From Dehalococcoidia bacterium (GTDB lineage Bacteria; Chloroflexota; Dehalococcoidia; Lucifugimonadales; UBA3495), in the NCBI GenBank assembly GCA_034423575.1, contig DAOUIF010000078.1:3865-67864 (forward strand): a DNA stretch of 64,000 nucleotides. Reading direction: 5' to 3'. Numbering within the stretch: the stretch's first letter is position 1; every line of letters starts with the position of its first letter. The notes beneath the pieces were generated by a model. That model was not told the origin of the DNA. It worked only from the letters and a program-made list of their open reading frames with translations, and did not search any database. The translations under genes were made by a program, and so were the position numbers. Below, in pieces: positions 48,257 through 57,785 of the stretch.

Positions 48257-48613
48257 ATGGCGTCATTCATCTATCACCTGGCGTTCCGGTCCGATTGGGA
48301 GGCCGCCGTCACCGAAGGTCAATACCGCGCTCCTTCCCTGGCAGAAGAGGGCTTTATCCACGCCAGCGGGGATGAAGCGCAAATGCTGGGAGTCGCTTCG
48401 CGTCTTTTTGCGGGTCGAACCGATTTGCTGGCGTTGGACGTGGATACCGAGCGACTGCCCGAAAGCTCGCCGCTGGTGTGGGAGCCGGCTCGATCCGGCG
48501 AAATCTACCCGCACGTTTACGGCCCGATTAACCTGCGTGCGGTGGTGCGTATCCGCGCGTTAGCGCCAGACCCGACGAAACCCAGCGGATTCGCGCTGGG
48601 CGGGGAAGGGTGA
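48257..48613 (+). CDS. DUF952 family protein
   Basis: IYHLAFRSDWEAA...EGFIHAS...YPHVYGPINL pattern. Confidence 0.75.
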   Translation: MASFIYHLAFRSDWEAAVTEGQYRAPSLAEEGFIHASGDEAQMLGVASRLFAGRTDLLALDVDTERLPESSPLVWEPARSGEIYPHVYGPINLRAVVRIRALAPDPTKPSGFALGGEG

Positions 48614-48676
48614 CCGGAGCACGACATACGGTACTCCGAGGAGCAACTTTCGTCCATCCGACAGGTCATCGCCGGC

Positions 48677-49588
48677 TTGGTGCGGCTGACCGATGAGGAT
48701 ATCGCGGAGAGGGATGCCGCGGTCCGGGCCGGCAAGTGTCCGCGGCCTCTGTGGCCGCTGTGGCCCCTGGCTAATCAGGGTAGTCAACTGTGGGAACTGC
48801 TGAAGGCGGACCCGCAAATTGGCCGATTTTCGGTGTACGGCCTGTTCCCGTCGTCCTACGACCTGGTGTACGGGTCAGACACGGCGAATGTCGACATTCG
48901 GTACGACGGTCGCACCAGGGGTCGCGTGGCCATAATCAGCGGTCACATTCGCGGTGAAGCCGTCAATGTGGTCATCAAGCCGTGCCAGAGCCCGGGCGAA
49001 GCCGATATCGCAGAAATAGCCGGCCAGCTCGAATTGGGCCCGCGGCAATTGCTGAGCATCGATGGGTTCCTTACTGAGGAGTTCGTATCCGGGCCATTCC
49101 TGACTGATCTGAGGCCCGAGGAAGCCACCGCAGATCGGATGCACGGCATCGGCCGCGAACTCGGGATGGCTCTGTCGGGATTGCACGCGTTGGGCGTTTG
49201 CTACAACGATGCCACGGTATCCGATCCGGATGGGAGGTCACATATTATTCTCTCGCCCAGCGGCATTCGGCTCATCGACTTCGGCGTGGCGCTATTGCTA
49301 AGGGACCATCCAGCAAACCTGACCTACCACGACGCCTACAACGCGGCTCGTACTGATCCCATGTTCCGCCTGTTCCGGCGAATGGCATCGGGCCCCGATC
49401 CGGACGCTTGGGTCAGGTTTGTCACTGACTATGGCAGGCGTCTCGCGCATCAATCAATAGGGGAGATCCAGTCCCGCGACTGGCGAATAGCCGAAGAGGG
49501 GATCTCGGTTATCACAGGCAAGTATGGATCGTTGGCGGCCGACGCATTGCGGGCGGGGATATCCGCCGGGAAGTCGGAGAACACGTAG
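48677..49588 (+). CDS. protein-kinase-like fold protein (RIO/Bud32/Kdo-like), atypical catalytic loop
   Basis: VNVVIKP (Lys) and LIDFGVA (DFG) are present, but the catalytic loop reads CYNDATVSD rather than HxDxxxxN. TTG/GTG start uncertain. Confidence 0.5.
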   Translation: MVRLTDEDIAERDAAVRAGKCPRPLWPLWPLANQGSQLWELLKADPQIGRFSVYGLFPSSYDLVYGSDTANVDIRYDGRTRGRVAIISGHIRGEAVNVVIKPCQSPGEADIAEIAGQLELGPRQLLSIDGFLTEEFVSGPFLTDLRPEEATADRMHGIGRELGMALSGLHALGVCYNDATVSDPDGRSHIILSPSGIRLIDFGVALLLRDHPANLTYHDAYNAARTDPMFRLFRRMASGPDPDAWVRFVTDYGRRLAHQSIGEIQSRDWRIAEEGISVITGKYGSLAADALRAGISAGKSENT

Positions 49589-49698
49589 ATCTTCCATAGG
49601 CGTTGCGCACAGATTGGACTACAATAAATGCACAAAAAAAGAAAAATCTCGCAACCTGAATACAGGTTTTTTGTTAACGTAACCTAGTTAAATGGAGC

Positions 49699-50481
49699 TT
49701 GGCCGGCAGCGAGGCTTTGAGGATGTCAGGTGGGGTTGGCGTGACGCGTCGCGGCCGGCTTTTGCTGCGCGCTATCCGGATGGACACCGACTTGGCATCA
49801 TCAGGAACGAAAAGGTTGATCGCGGTCGTGATTTCGGGAGCGGTGGCTTTGTCGTTGCTGTGCGTTGCGGCGTGGATGGTCTTAGGCGGGGACCACGAGC
49901 GCGAGCCCGACGGGATACAGATAATCGCACCGGCTGAACCCCCCGAGCGCGACGCAGTGGGATCGACCTCAGCTACATCGTCGGTTGACGTTCAGTCGGA
50001 AGCGAAACCTCCGGAGCAGATAACGGTGTACCTCACCGGTGAGGTGGTCGATCCCGGTGTGTACACGGTCTCGAAAGGCGAACGGCTGGACGCGGTGCTG
50101 CGCCTGGCTGGTGGAGCCACTGAAAACGCTGACCTGAGCCGGATCAATCTGGCGGCGTACGCCACCGACGCGGCTCATTACCACATCGCCGACATGGGCG
50201 TAACCGTCGGACCTGGTGAAACTTCAGGCGATGCGCCAACATCGGACGCCGCGCCAACCGCTGACACCGAAAGTTGCCAACCGCCGGTGAACATTAACAC
50301 CGCTAGGGTCCAGTGCCTCGAAACCCTCCCGGGCATCGGCGGCGTGCGTGCGGGGTCGATCGTTGCGCACCGGGAGCAAGCGGGGCCGTTCGCCAGTACC
50401 GAGTCGATTACCGAGGTTTCCGGCATCGGCGACGGCATATACCGGCGCATTGCTGACCTGATTACGGTTGCCCCGCGTTGA
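49699..50481 (+). CDS. comEA: ComEA-family DNA-binding competence protein
   Basis: SLBB-like ITVYLTGEVVDPGVYTV plus a C-terminal double helix-hairpin-helix LETLPGIGGVRA...VSGIGDGIYRRI. Start uncertain. Confidence 0.85.
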   Translation: MAGSEALRMSGGVGVTRRGRLLLRAIRMDTDLASSGTKRLIAVVISGAVALSLLCVAAWMVLGGDHEREPDGIQIIAPAEPPERDAVGSTSATSSVDVQSEAKPPEQITVYLTGEVVDPGVYTVSKGERLDAVLRLAGGATENADLSRINLAAYATDAAHYHIADMGVTVGPGETSGDAPTSDAAPTADTESCQPPVNINTARVQCLETLPGIGGVRAGSIVAHREQAGPFASTESITEVSGIGDGIYRRIADLITVAPR

Positions 50482-50570
50482 CCCGGATCGCCCCTTGGTG
50501 ACGAGGCTGCGCGTCGGTCCGGGTCGGGTAGACGAGCGCGGCAACCTGGCGACGGCGACCCTGGCGGGCG

Positions 50571-53036
50571 ATGCGCATATTCCCTGAACTGGCGGTTGCA
50601 GCAGTTGTTGCCGGCGCGGGTCTGGCGCTCTGGTTCCATACTTCCCTGAGCACACCGTGGCCGCTGCTGATGCTGGGACTGGGCGCGGTGGCATTGGCAG
50701 TCGCCCTGAAAGTGACCGGGCTGCCTGCCGCCCCTGTGGTTCTGGCCGCCGCTTTGGTATTGGGGGCCTGGCGAGGTGAGTTGGCTGCCGATTCCTCGAT
50801 ACCCTTGGTGCTTGACGGCCCAACCGAGGTCACGGTGATGGTGACCGATGCGCCGAATGTTTCGGGTAGCCGGGTGCGTTTTCGCGGTCAAGTTGTCGCC
50901 AATCAATCTCATGCGCCAGGCAGCGTTCCCGCCGGAACCGGCTTGCTGGTGTACACCCTGCCTACGCCCGACCTGGCGGCAAGGCGCCCTCCGCCGCATC
51001 TGCGCTACGGTGATACGCTTCGCCTCTACGGCAGTTTGGAGCGGCCCGAGCCCATTGGAGATTTCGATTACGCAGCGTGGCTGGAATCCCAAGGGATTGC
51101 CGGGGTGCTATGGGCGCGGCAAGCGGAAACCGTGGCTACAGGGGGCGGCCAATGGTGGATGGCTGCTCTGCACCAGGTCCGAGGCAGACTTGCGGCGGCT
51201 TTGCAAAGGGCCATGCCCGCGCCGGAGTCCGGCCTGGCGCAGGCCCTCCTCTTGGGGATCCGCTCGGAAATTCCCCGACCGGTGAAGGACAAGTTTCGTA
51301 CGGCTGGCATGTCCCATCTGCTGGCAATATCCGGTCTGCACGTTGGGATAGTGCTCGCGCTGGCGCTGGGGATTGGCGCAGCGACGCTGGGCAGCGGAAA
51401 TCCGCTGGTCGTCTTCGGCGCCATGGCCACCGTTTGGGCCTATGCGGTGATGTCCGGGCTGGACCCACCGGTAGTGCGGGCGGCAATTATGGGTAGCCTG
51501 GCGCTGGTCCAGGTTCTGACCGGTCGTGGGATGCGCGGTCTGACTGCCTTGACCCTAGCGGCCGGCATCATGATCTGCGTTGATCCCAACCTGCTGGGCA
51601 GCCTCTCGTTTCAGCTCAGCTTCACGGCGATGGCCGGCGTGATGGTCGGTCTGCCTTTGATCACGCTGGTTTCAGGCGCCATTGGGGCGATATCGCGCGA
51701 CTCGAGCCCCCCGGCTTCGCGATGGCTGCAATACGGCCTGACGTTGCTCATCGCATCCGTCATCATTTCCACTACCACCACGCTGGCCACGATTCCGCTG
51801 ATTGCATTGCACTTCGGCGAGATCCCGCTCATGAGCGTACCAGCGACGATCCTGGCCATGCCCGCGATGCCTCTGGCCCTCGTGGCGGCTGCGGCGACCG
51901 CTGCATCGGGAGTGGTGGCTCCGTGGTTATCCCAGGCGTTCGGCGTGCTGGCCTGGGCTCCCGTTGCCTGGATCATCCTGGTGGCAGAGGCGATGCCGCC
52001 GGTGATGGCTCCCTACGACTGGGTAACGTCCTGGGTCGCGATGGCATGGTACGGTGGCCTGACGCTATTGACGCTGCTGATGTCATCCCGTGGGGCGCGA
52101 CGGATCGCTTCCGTGTGGAGACGTGGGCCCAGATGGCGTCCCACCGGAGTCGTCGGCTTGATCGCGGGGTTGGCGCCGGTTGCAGTTCTGGGCGCGATTC
52201 TGCTGTTCGGCCAACTGTCGGATACGCGGGCGGACGGCCTGCTTCACGTACATGTGCTGGACGTGGGGCAGGGTGACGCCATCCTCCTGGTGACCCCACA
52301 GGGTCGTCAGGTGCTGGTCGACGGGGGACCCGACCCTCGGGCCGCGTTGCTGGCGTTAGGCGAACGATTGCCTCCAGGGGACCGCGACCTGGACGCGGTG
52401 GTGGTGACGCATCTGGACAGCGACCACGCGGGTGGTTTGATCGGCGTGTTGGACCGCTATGACGCCGACATTGTGATGCAGGGACCGACCTCTTCTGCAT
52501 CTCCGCTGTTTCCACAGTGGCAGTCGGTTCTCGATCAACGCGACCATCCAACGGTCGCGATACGGGCCGGGCACCGTATCAAATTGGACCCGAGCGTGGT
52601 GATCGAGGTTCTGCATCCCCCCTCAGGGAAGGTCCCGTCGCGCATCGATGCCAACGCCAACAACCTGAGCGTCGTGATGCGGGTCATATATGGCGACGTT
52701 TCGTTTCTGCTTACCGGCGATGTCGAACAGGATGTCGAGCGATTCCTTGTCGAATCCCAGGGTGACGCATTGCGCTCGGACGTGCTCAAAGTGGCCCATC
52801 ACGGAAGTCGCTCTTCTACGTCCGCCACGTTCCTGAGGGCCGTCGACCCCGAGTCCGCCGTCGTTTCCGCCGGGGCGGACAACCGCTATGGACACCCGCA
52901 CCCGGATGTCATGGAACGGCTCGGATCAGCGGTGGGTGATTCAAGCCTGTTTGTCACTGCGCGCGACGGTACGGTCGAATATGTTACCGACGGCGTGGGG
53001 TTGTGGGTACGGACGCGCTCGGACTCCGCGCCGTGA
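50571..53036 (+). CDS. comEC: ComEC/Rec2 DNA internalisation channel with a C-terminal MBL domain
   Basis: 821 aa, polytopic, with HVLDVGQGDAILL...HLDSDHAGG...VAHHGS. Confidence 0.92.
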   Translation: MRIFPELAVAAVVAGAGLALWFHTSLSTPWPLLMLGLGAVALAVALKVTGLPAAPVVLAAALVLGAWRGELAADSSIPLVLDGPTEVTVMVTDAPNVSGSRVRFRGQVVANQSHAPGSVPAGTGLLVYTLPTPDLAARRPPPHLRYGDTLRLYGSLERPEPIGDFDYAAWLESQGIAGVLWARQAETVATGGGQWWMAALHQVRGRLAAALQRAMPAPESGLAQALLLGIRSEIPRPVKDKFRTAGMSHLLAISGLHVGIVLALALGIGAATLGSGNPLVVFGAMATVWAYAVMSGLDPPVVRAAIMGSLALVQVLTGRGMRGLTALTLAAGIMICVDPNLLGSLSFQLSFTAMAGVMVGLPLITLVSGAIGAISRDSSPPASRWLQYGLTLLIASVIISTTTTLATIPLIALHFGEIPLMSVPATILAMPAMPLALVAAAATAASGVVAPWLSQAFGVLAWAPVAWIILVAEAMPPVMAPYDWVTSWVAMAWYGGLTLLTLLMSSRGARRIASVWRRGPRWRPTGVVGLIAGLAPVAVLGAILLFGQLSDTRADGLLHVHVLDVGQGDAILLVTPQGRQVLVDGGPDPRAALLALGERLPPGDRDLDAVVVTHLDSDHAGGLIGVLDRYDADIVMQGPTSSASPLFPQWQSVLDQRDHPTVAIRAGHRIKLDPSVVIEVLHPPSGKVPSRIDANANNLSVVMRVIYGDVSFLLTGDVEQDVERFLVESQGDALRSDVLKVAHHGSRSSTSATFLRAVDPESAVVSAGADNRYGHPHPDVMERLGSAVGDSSLFVTARDGTVEYVTDGVGLWVRTRSDSAP

Positions 53037-53074
53037 ATCATCGACAGGTTACCGCTATGGTGATTTGGGTGCGA

Positions 53075-53083
53075 TGCTATAAT
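53075..53083 (+). promoter_or_regulatory. extended -10 (TGcTATAAT) placed for a leaderless cmk transcript
   Basis: TG at 53075-53076 and TATAAT at 53078-53083, then 7 nt to the ATG at 53091. No SD. Confidence 0.45.
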
Positions 53084-53090
53084 CTCGCCC

Positions 53091-53819
53091 ATGGAGCGGG
53101 TTGACGCGTCACCTTCATGCGGAGCCCTTGTGGTGGCTATTGATGGACCGGTGGCGTCCGGCAAGAGCTCGGTGGGGAAAGCTGCCGCGCGCATCGTCGG
53201 TTTGCGATTCCTGGACACCGGCATCATGTACCGCGCCGTGACCTGGCTGGCCATCAATAGCGGAATCGCCGCCGCTGACACCGGCGCTGTCGCGCAATTG
53301 GCGACGCGTTGCCGTATGGCAGTAGCGCCGGAAGACGGAAGCGATACGACAATCATGGTCGACGGGAAGCCATTGGGACCCGAGTTGGTTACGGCCGAGG
53401 TGGACAGAGGAGTGTCGGCGGTCTCGGCAGTGCCCGCGGTTCGCGTGGAGCTGGTCAAACAACAACGAGAAATAGCCAGATGCGGAGGTATCGTCATGGC
53501 CGGCAGGGATATCGGGTCGGTGGTGTTGCCTGCAGCCGACCTGAAGCTCTACATCGATGCCGCGCCGGAGGAACGGGCTCGACGTCGTCACGGGCAAATC
53601 GTCCTGTCCGAACCAGGGTTCCCGTACGAACGGGTGTTATCCGATACCCGGCGGCGGGATCGGATGGATATGGAACGCGCTGACTCGCCCCTGGTTGCGG
53701 CTGCTGATGCCGTAATCATTCGGACCGACGAAATGGACTTCGACCAGACGGTGTCGGCTGTGGTTACGGCCATCCGGTCTGCGCTCAGCGCCGGCCCAGA
53801 GTTTGACCAGCACGGGTAA
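53091..53819 (+). CDS. cmk: cytidylate kinase
   Basis: IDGPVASGKSS P-loop, then ...LDTGIMYRAVT. Confidence 0.92.
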   Translation: MERVDASPSCGALVVAIDGPVASGKSSVGKAAARIVGLRFLDTGIMYRAVTWLAINSGIAAADTGAVAQLATRCRMAVAPEDGSDTTIMVDGKPLGPELVTAEVDRGVSAVSAVPAVRVELVKQQREIARCGGIVMAGRDIGSVVLPAADLKLYIDAAPEERARRRHGQIVLSEPGFPYERVLSDTRRRDRMDMERADSPLVAAADAVIIRTDEMDFDQTVSAVVTAIRSALSAGPEFDQHG

Positions 53820-53824
53820 TCGCC

Positions 53825-54496
53825 ATGGCGTGGCTCTATCAACCCAGCAAACGCTTCGGGCAAATCATTTGGAGCGTCACCGGCCGGTTGACGATCACTG
53901 GCCAGGAAGCGATGCCTCCCTACGGGCCGCTGTTGGTCGCGAGTAACCATCTTTCCCTGAACGACGCGGGAACGCTGGTCGTGGCGCTGCCCCGGCAGAT
54001 CATCTTCCTTGCCAAGAAGGAACTGTGGGAAAAGCCAATCGGCCGTTTCTACTGCAACGCGGTGGGAGCGGTGCCGCTGGACCGGCAGCGGGGCGGAGGC
54101 GGGGCTCTGCGCTATGCGCTGGGGGCGCTGCAGGAGGACAAGGCTATCCTCATGTTCCCCGAGGGAAGCATCAGCCCCACGGGTCAACTACAGCGGGCCA
54201 AAACCGGTCTGGCCTGGCTGGCGTTGAAGACGCAAGCTCCCATCCTGCCGGTGGGCATCGCCGGCTCCGAGAAGTTTGCGTCCTGGCACATGCCGGTGCC
54301 CCTGGCGAGCTGGCAGGTAAACATCGGAACCCCGTTCACGCCGCCGCATGTGGAGGGCCCGATCACGGATGCTCTCCTGCACTCGGTGACGGACATGGTG
54401 ATGGAGAGAATTGCCGCGCTCGTCCCCGAATCTTATCGCGGCGTTTACGCCGACAGTCTCCGTCCGCGGGAAGTCGAAACCCCCCTGAGCCGTTAG
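53825..54496 (+). CDS. plsC: 1-acyl-sn-glycerol-3-phosphate acyltransferase
   Basis: NHLSLND (HX4D) and FPEGS motifs. Confidence 0.85.
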   Translation: MAWLYQPSKRFGQIIWSVTGRLTITGQEAMPPYGPLLVASNHLSLNDAGTLVVALPRQIIFLAKKELWEKPIGRFYCNAVGAVPLDRQRGGGGALRYALGALQEDKAILMFPEGSISPTGQLQRAKTGLAWLALKTQAPILPVGIAGSEKFASWHMPVPLASWQVNIGTPFTPPHVEGPITDALLHSVTDMVMERIAALVPESYRGVYADSLRPREVETPLSR

Positions 54497-54518
54497 CCGG
54501 CTGGTTCGAGCCCAACGA

Positions 54519-55430
54519 CTAGCGGCGTTGTATCATCGCAGCATCGCGCTCTCGCGGATGCTCGTAGTCCATCGACTCGTCATCTAGGATCCGTTCCAAT
54601 TCTGCGGCCCGCATGTTGATGGTATCCATGATCGCAGGCGGGATACCGGCATGCTCGTTCACGTAATTGGTCAGGAGCTCAAGCTCGTCAAAGCCCTGGA
54701 AGCAGTCGACCACGCCACGCAATGAAGATGAGAAATACTGTGTGTCGTGTCCGACGCCGCGGCCGACTGAGAAGTGGTAAACGTACTTGAGGTTGTCTTT
54801 CAGGAACTTAACCACCGGAAAGAAATCGCTGTCGCCGGACACGAGGATTGCGGCGTCAAAGCTGTCCATCTTGGAGATCATATCCACCGCGATGCCGATG
54901 TCTACCCCTTTTTCACCGACCTGGGTACCCTGGAAATTTATGTTTCCGTCGTAATCGTATTCCAGACGATACGGGCGGAACGGCTGGACCACATATTGCC
55001 CAACATACCGGAATTCCAGGAAGTTGGTGTTTTGTTGGATTTCTTCGAAGACCGACTTTCGCAACTGGTGGAACCGCCGGAATTCGTGCTCGTACCAGTC
55101 CTGCGCCTTCTGAATGACCAAGTCGGTGGTCAGTTCCGGTATCCGCATACCGTAGTCGTCGACAATGCGCTGGGCGCGCCACAGGTTGGGGGACCATGGG
55201 GTGATATTTTCCGCGTAGTACCAATATACCCTGGCCAATTGATGCTGCCACCCGGTGACATAATCGAATTTCGCAAGGGCGTCCTGAAAAAACTCCTGCC
55301 ACCGGAAGTGTTTCTCATCGAGACGGTATTCGGGATTGTTCGGATGCGGCGGGTCAGACCGGAAATGGAAGTCCCTCAGGTTGTGCCGGAAGTTCTGCCC
55401 ATCCACGAAAACCACTGTCTTCAAAGCCAT
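54519..55430 (-). CDS. NYN-domain (LabA/DUF88-like) putative ribonuclease
   Basis: VVFVDGQNF...ILVSGDSDFFPVVKFLKD. Start set at the second ATG (55430), which is 7 nt after AAGGAG. The gene is visibly lower in G+C than its neighbours. Confidence 0.75.
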   Translation of the reverse strand: MALKTVVFVDGQNFRHNLRDFHFRSDPPHPNNPEYRLDEKHFRWQEFFQDALAKFDYVTGWQHQLARVYWYYAENITPWSPNLWRAQRIVDDYGMRIPELTTDLVIQKAQDWYEHEFRRFHQLRKSVFEEIQQNTNFLEFRYVGQYVVQPFRPYRLEYDYDGNINFQGTQVGEKGVDIGIAVDMISKMDSFDAAILVSGDSDFFPVVKFLKDNLKYVYHFSVGRGVGHDTQYFSSSLRGVVDCFQGFDELELLTNYVNEHAGIPPAIMDTINMRAAELERILDDESMDYEHPRERDAAMIQRR

Positions 55431-55572
55431 TTTGGTACTCCTTGTCATAACAAGGCTAGAAACAAAAGGTGGAGATGACGGCCTATGGTCAAACCAAGAT
55501 ATTACAGGTCAAAATCGGGCGGCGTGTATGAGAAACGGATGTGTTGGGGGCGAATTCAGCGCGCCGGCCTGT

Positions 55573-56475
55573 TTAGTCGGCCGGCGCGGTGATGTCGATC
55601 TCGTATCGTTCCAGCAGTTCGTCCAATTGTCCTGCCGTGCGGTCGTCGGGTGGCACCAGTGGCAAACGCGGGTCACCCACGTCGAACCCGACTTTGTTCA
55701 GTCCGTATTTGACTGGTATCGGGTTGGAGACGATGAACAGCCCTTTGAACATATCCAAGAGGCGCAAATGCTCGGCGCCGGCCGTTTCCACATCGCCTTC
55801 CAGGACGAGACCCATCATCTGCTTGATTTGTGAGCCCACGAGGTGGGCGGCGACGCTGACGACGCCGTATCCTCCCATCGACATGATCGGGAAGGTTTCG
55901 TCGTCGTTGCCGGACCATACGCGGAAATCGTCGGGCGTATCCCGTATTACTTTCGCGATCTGAACCGGGTCGCTACTGGCTTCCTTGATGCCAATAATAT
56001 TTTCGATTTGAGACAGCCGCACGGTGGTGTCGTTGGTCATGTTCAGACTGGTGCGGCTGGGCACGTTGTAAAGCATGCCAGGGAGGTTGGTACACTCCGC
56101 CAGCGCCCGAAAGTGCTGGAACAGTCCTTCCTGAGGCGGCTTGTTGTACGCAGGCACGGTTAGCAACAAGGCATCAGCGCCAACTTGTTCCGCCTCCCGG
56201 CTGAGTTCGATGGAAGCTGCGGTATTGTTGTCGCTGGTGCCGGCTATCACGGCACCCCGCGGACCGATCGCATCTTTAACTTCGCCATAGAGGCGAGCCT
56301 TTTCTTCCATGGACAACGCCGGGCCCTCGCCCGTGGTGCCCGTAACCACCAAGCCGTCAGAGCCCGAATCCAACAACGCCACTGCCAGCTTCTTGGCCTG
56401 TTCGTAGTCGACCTGCCCGTCAGAGTCAAACGGCGTTACCATGGCGGTAATCAGCCGGCCAATTTCAGTCGGCAT
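55573..56475 (-). CDS. dapA: 4-hydroxy-tetrahydrodipicolinate synthase
   Basis: VTPF...GTTGEGPALS pattern, with GGAGGAGGG upstream. Confidence 0.93.
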   Translation of the reverse strand: MPTEIGRLITAMVTPFDSDGQVDYEQAKKLAVALLDSGSDGLVVTGTTGEGPALSMEEKARLYGEVKDAIGPRGAVIAGTSDNNTAASIELSREAEQVGADALLLTVPAYNKPPQEGLFQHFRALAECTNLPGMLYNVPSRTSLNMTNDTTVRLSQIENIIGIKEASSDPVQIAKVIRDTPDDFRVWSGNDDETFPIMSMGGYGVVSVAAHLVGSQIKQMMGLVLEGDVETAGAEHLRLLDMFKGLFIVSNPIPVKYGLNKVGFDVGDPRLPLVPPDDRTAGQLDELLERYEIDITAPAD

Positions 56476-56616
56476 AATTTGTCCCTCCTCCGTTGCTATT
56501 GTTAGGCAGTATACACCATTGCCCCATCATGTTTGATGGCAAGCCATTCGGATATTGCGCACATTATACACACCTAGTGTGCTATGGCAAATGTTGGCTG
56601 TACATCTGAACGTGCG

Positions 56617-57651
56617 CTAGATTTTCCTTCCGTGAACCGTTCCGCGCGCCACGGCTTCCTCGGCGATCTGCAGGGCGTTGAGAGCCGCTCCCTTGACCAG
56701 ATTGTCGGTGACTATCCACATGGCCAGGCCGTTGGGGTGGGATGCATCCTTGCGAATCCGTCCCACGAAAACGTCTCCGGATCCCGCTGCGTCGACGGGC
56801 ATCGGATAGACGGACGCCTCCGGATCATCGAGAACAGTTACGCCGTGCATTACACTCAAAATCTCCCGGGCTTCTCCTGGAGACACTGGCGCATCAAACT
56901 CCAGGTGGGCAGCGACGCAATGGGAAACAAACACGGGTACGCGCACGCAGGTCGCAGACACCGCGATGTCTGGAGCGTGCAATATCTTCCGGCTTTCATC
57001 GATCATCTTCTGTTCTTCACGCGTATATCCCGATTCGTTAAAGCTGTCGATTTGTGGAATGACGTTGAAGGCGATCTGCTGGGGCTGGGCGTCCGGCTCC
57101 GCGGGGCCCCCGTGCATCACCGTGCGCGTCTGGTCTCGCAGCTCGTTCATGGCCGCTCCGCCGGCGCCGGAAACCGACTGATAGGTGTCGGCCACGATGC
57201 GGCGGATGGCGCTGGCCTGACGGAGCGGGTGCACCACCATCACCAGCGGGGTGGTTGAGCAGTTCGGTATCGACACGATGCCGTCGTGCCAATCCAGGTC
57301 TTCGCCATTCACTTCCGGAACCACCAACGGCACGGATGGGTCCATGCGGAACGCGCTGGAGTCGTCGATAACCAGGGCCCCGGCGTCCGCCGCCACCGGC
57401 CCGAATCGGCGCGAGTCCTCCGTGCGCGCAGAGATGAACGCGATATCGACGTCGCCGAAACTGTCGTCCGTCGTCTCTTCCACAGTGAACGTTTTGCCGT
57501 TGACCTCGAGTTTGCGACCTTCCGAACGCTTGGATGCCAGGAGCTTCAGGTTATCGTGTTTCGCGTAACGTTCCTCGATCAGGCGCAGTGTTTCCTGGCC
57601 CACCGCGCCCGTGGCTCCTACGATCGCCAGTTTCATACCCTGAAGGTCCAT
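56617..57651 (-). CDS. asd: aspartate-semialdehyde dehydrogenase
   Basis: KLAIVGATGAVGQ and the active-site IPNCSTT. Start set at MDLQGMKLAIVG (57651); the alternative is 57636. Confidence 0.92.
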   Translation of the reverse strand: MDLQGMKLAIVGATGAVGQETLRLIEERYAKHDNLKLLASKRSEGRKLEVNGKTFTVEETTDDSFGDVDIAFISARTEDSRRFGPVAADAGALVIDDSSAFRMDPSVPLVVPEVNGEDLDWHDGIVSIPNCSTTPLVMVVHPLRQASAIRRIVADTYQSVSGAGGAAMNELRDQTRTVMHGGPAEPDAQPQQIAFNVIPQIDSFNESGYTREEQKMIDESRKILHAPDIAVSATCVRVPVFVSHCVAAHLEFDAPVSPGEAREILSVMHGVTVLDDPEASVYPMPVDAAGSGDVFVGRIRKDASHPNGLAMWIVTDNLVKGAALNALQIAEEAVARGTVHGRKI

Positions 57652-57785
57652 GTCGTTCCTGCCATAATGAGAGTTGGGAATTGCGGAATAATGCCGCAGA
57701 GCGATCCGCTTCAGCATTTCCCTTGCAATCAGGGTACAACCGGCAGCCCAGTCCGTCCACAAAAGCGCTGCAGACGCGCAGCGGG

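Noticed and set aside
49653-49672. Hairpin AACCTG-AATA-CAGGTT followed by TTTTTG, after the kinase-like gene, as a terminator
   Set aside because: The stem is only 6 bp and AT-containing. The flanking A-run and T-run are suggestive, but the structure is too weak to annotate.
55539-55572. GC hairpin CGCGCCGGCC...GGCCGGCGCG at the 3' end of dapA as a terminator
   Set aside because: No U-run follows on the minus strand, and it partly overlaps the dapA stop region. It is not convincing as an intrinsic terminator.
56476-57785. Possible lysine (L-box) riboswitch upstream of dapA or asd
   Set aside because: The spacers (about 140 and about 134 nt) are short. I could not recognise the conserved L-box helices or motifs by eye. 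An Rfam scan would be needed, so nothing is claimed.
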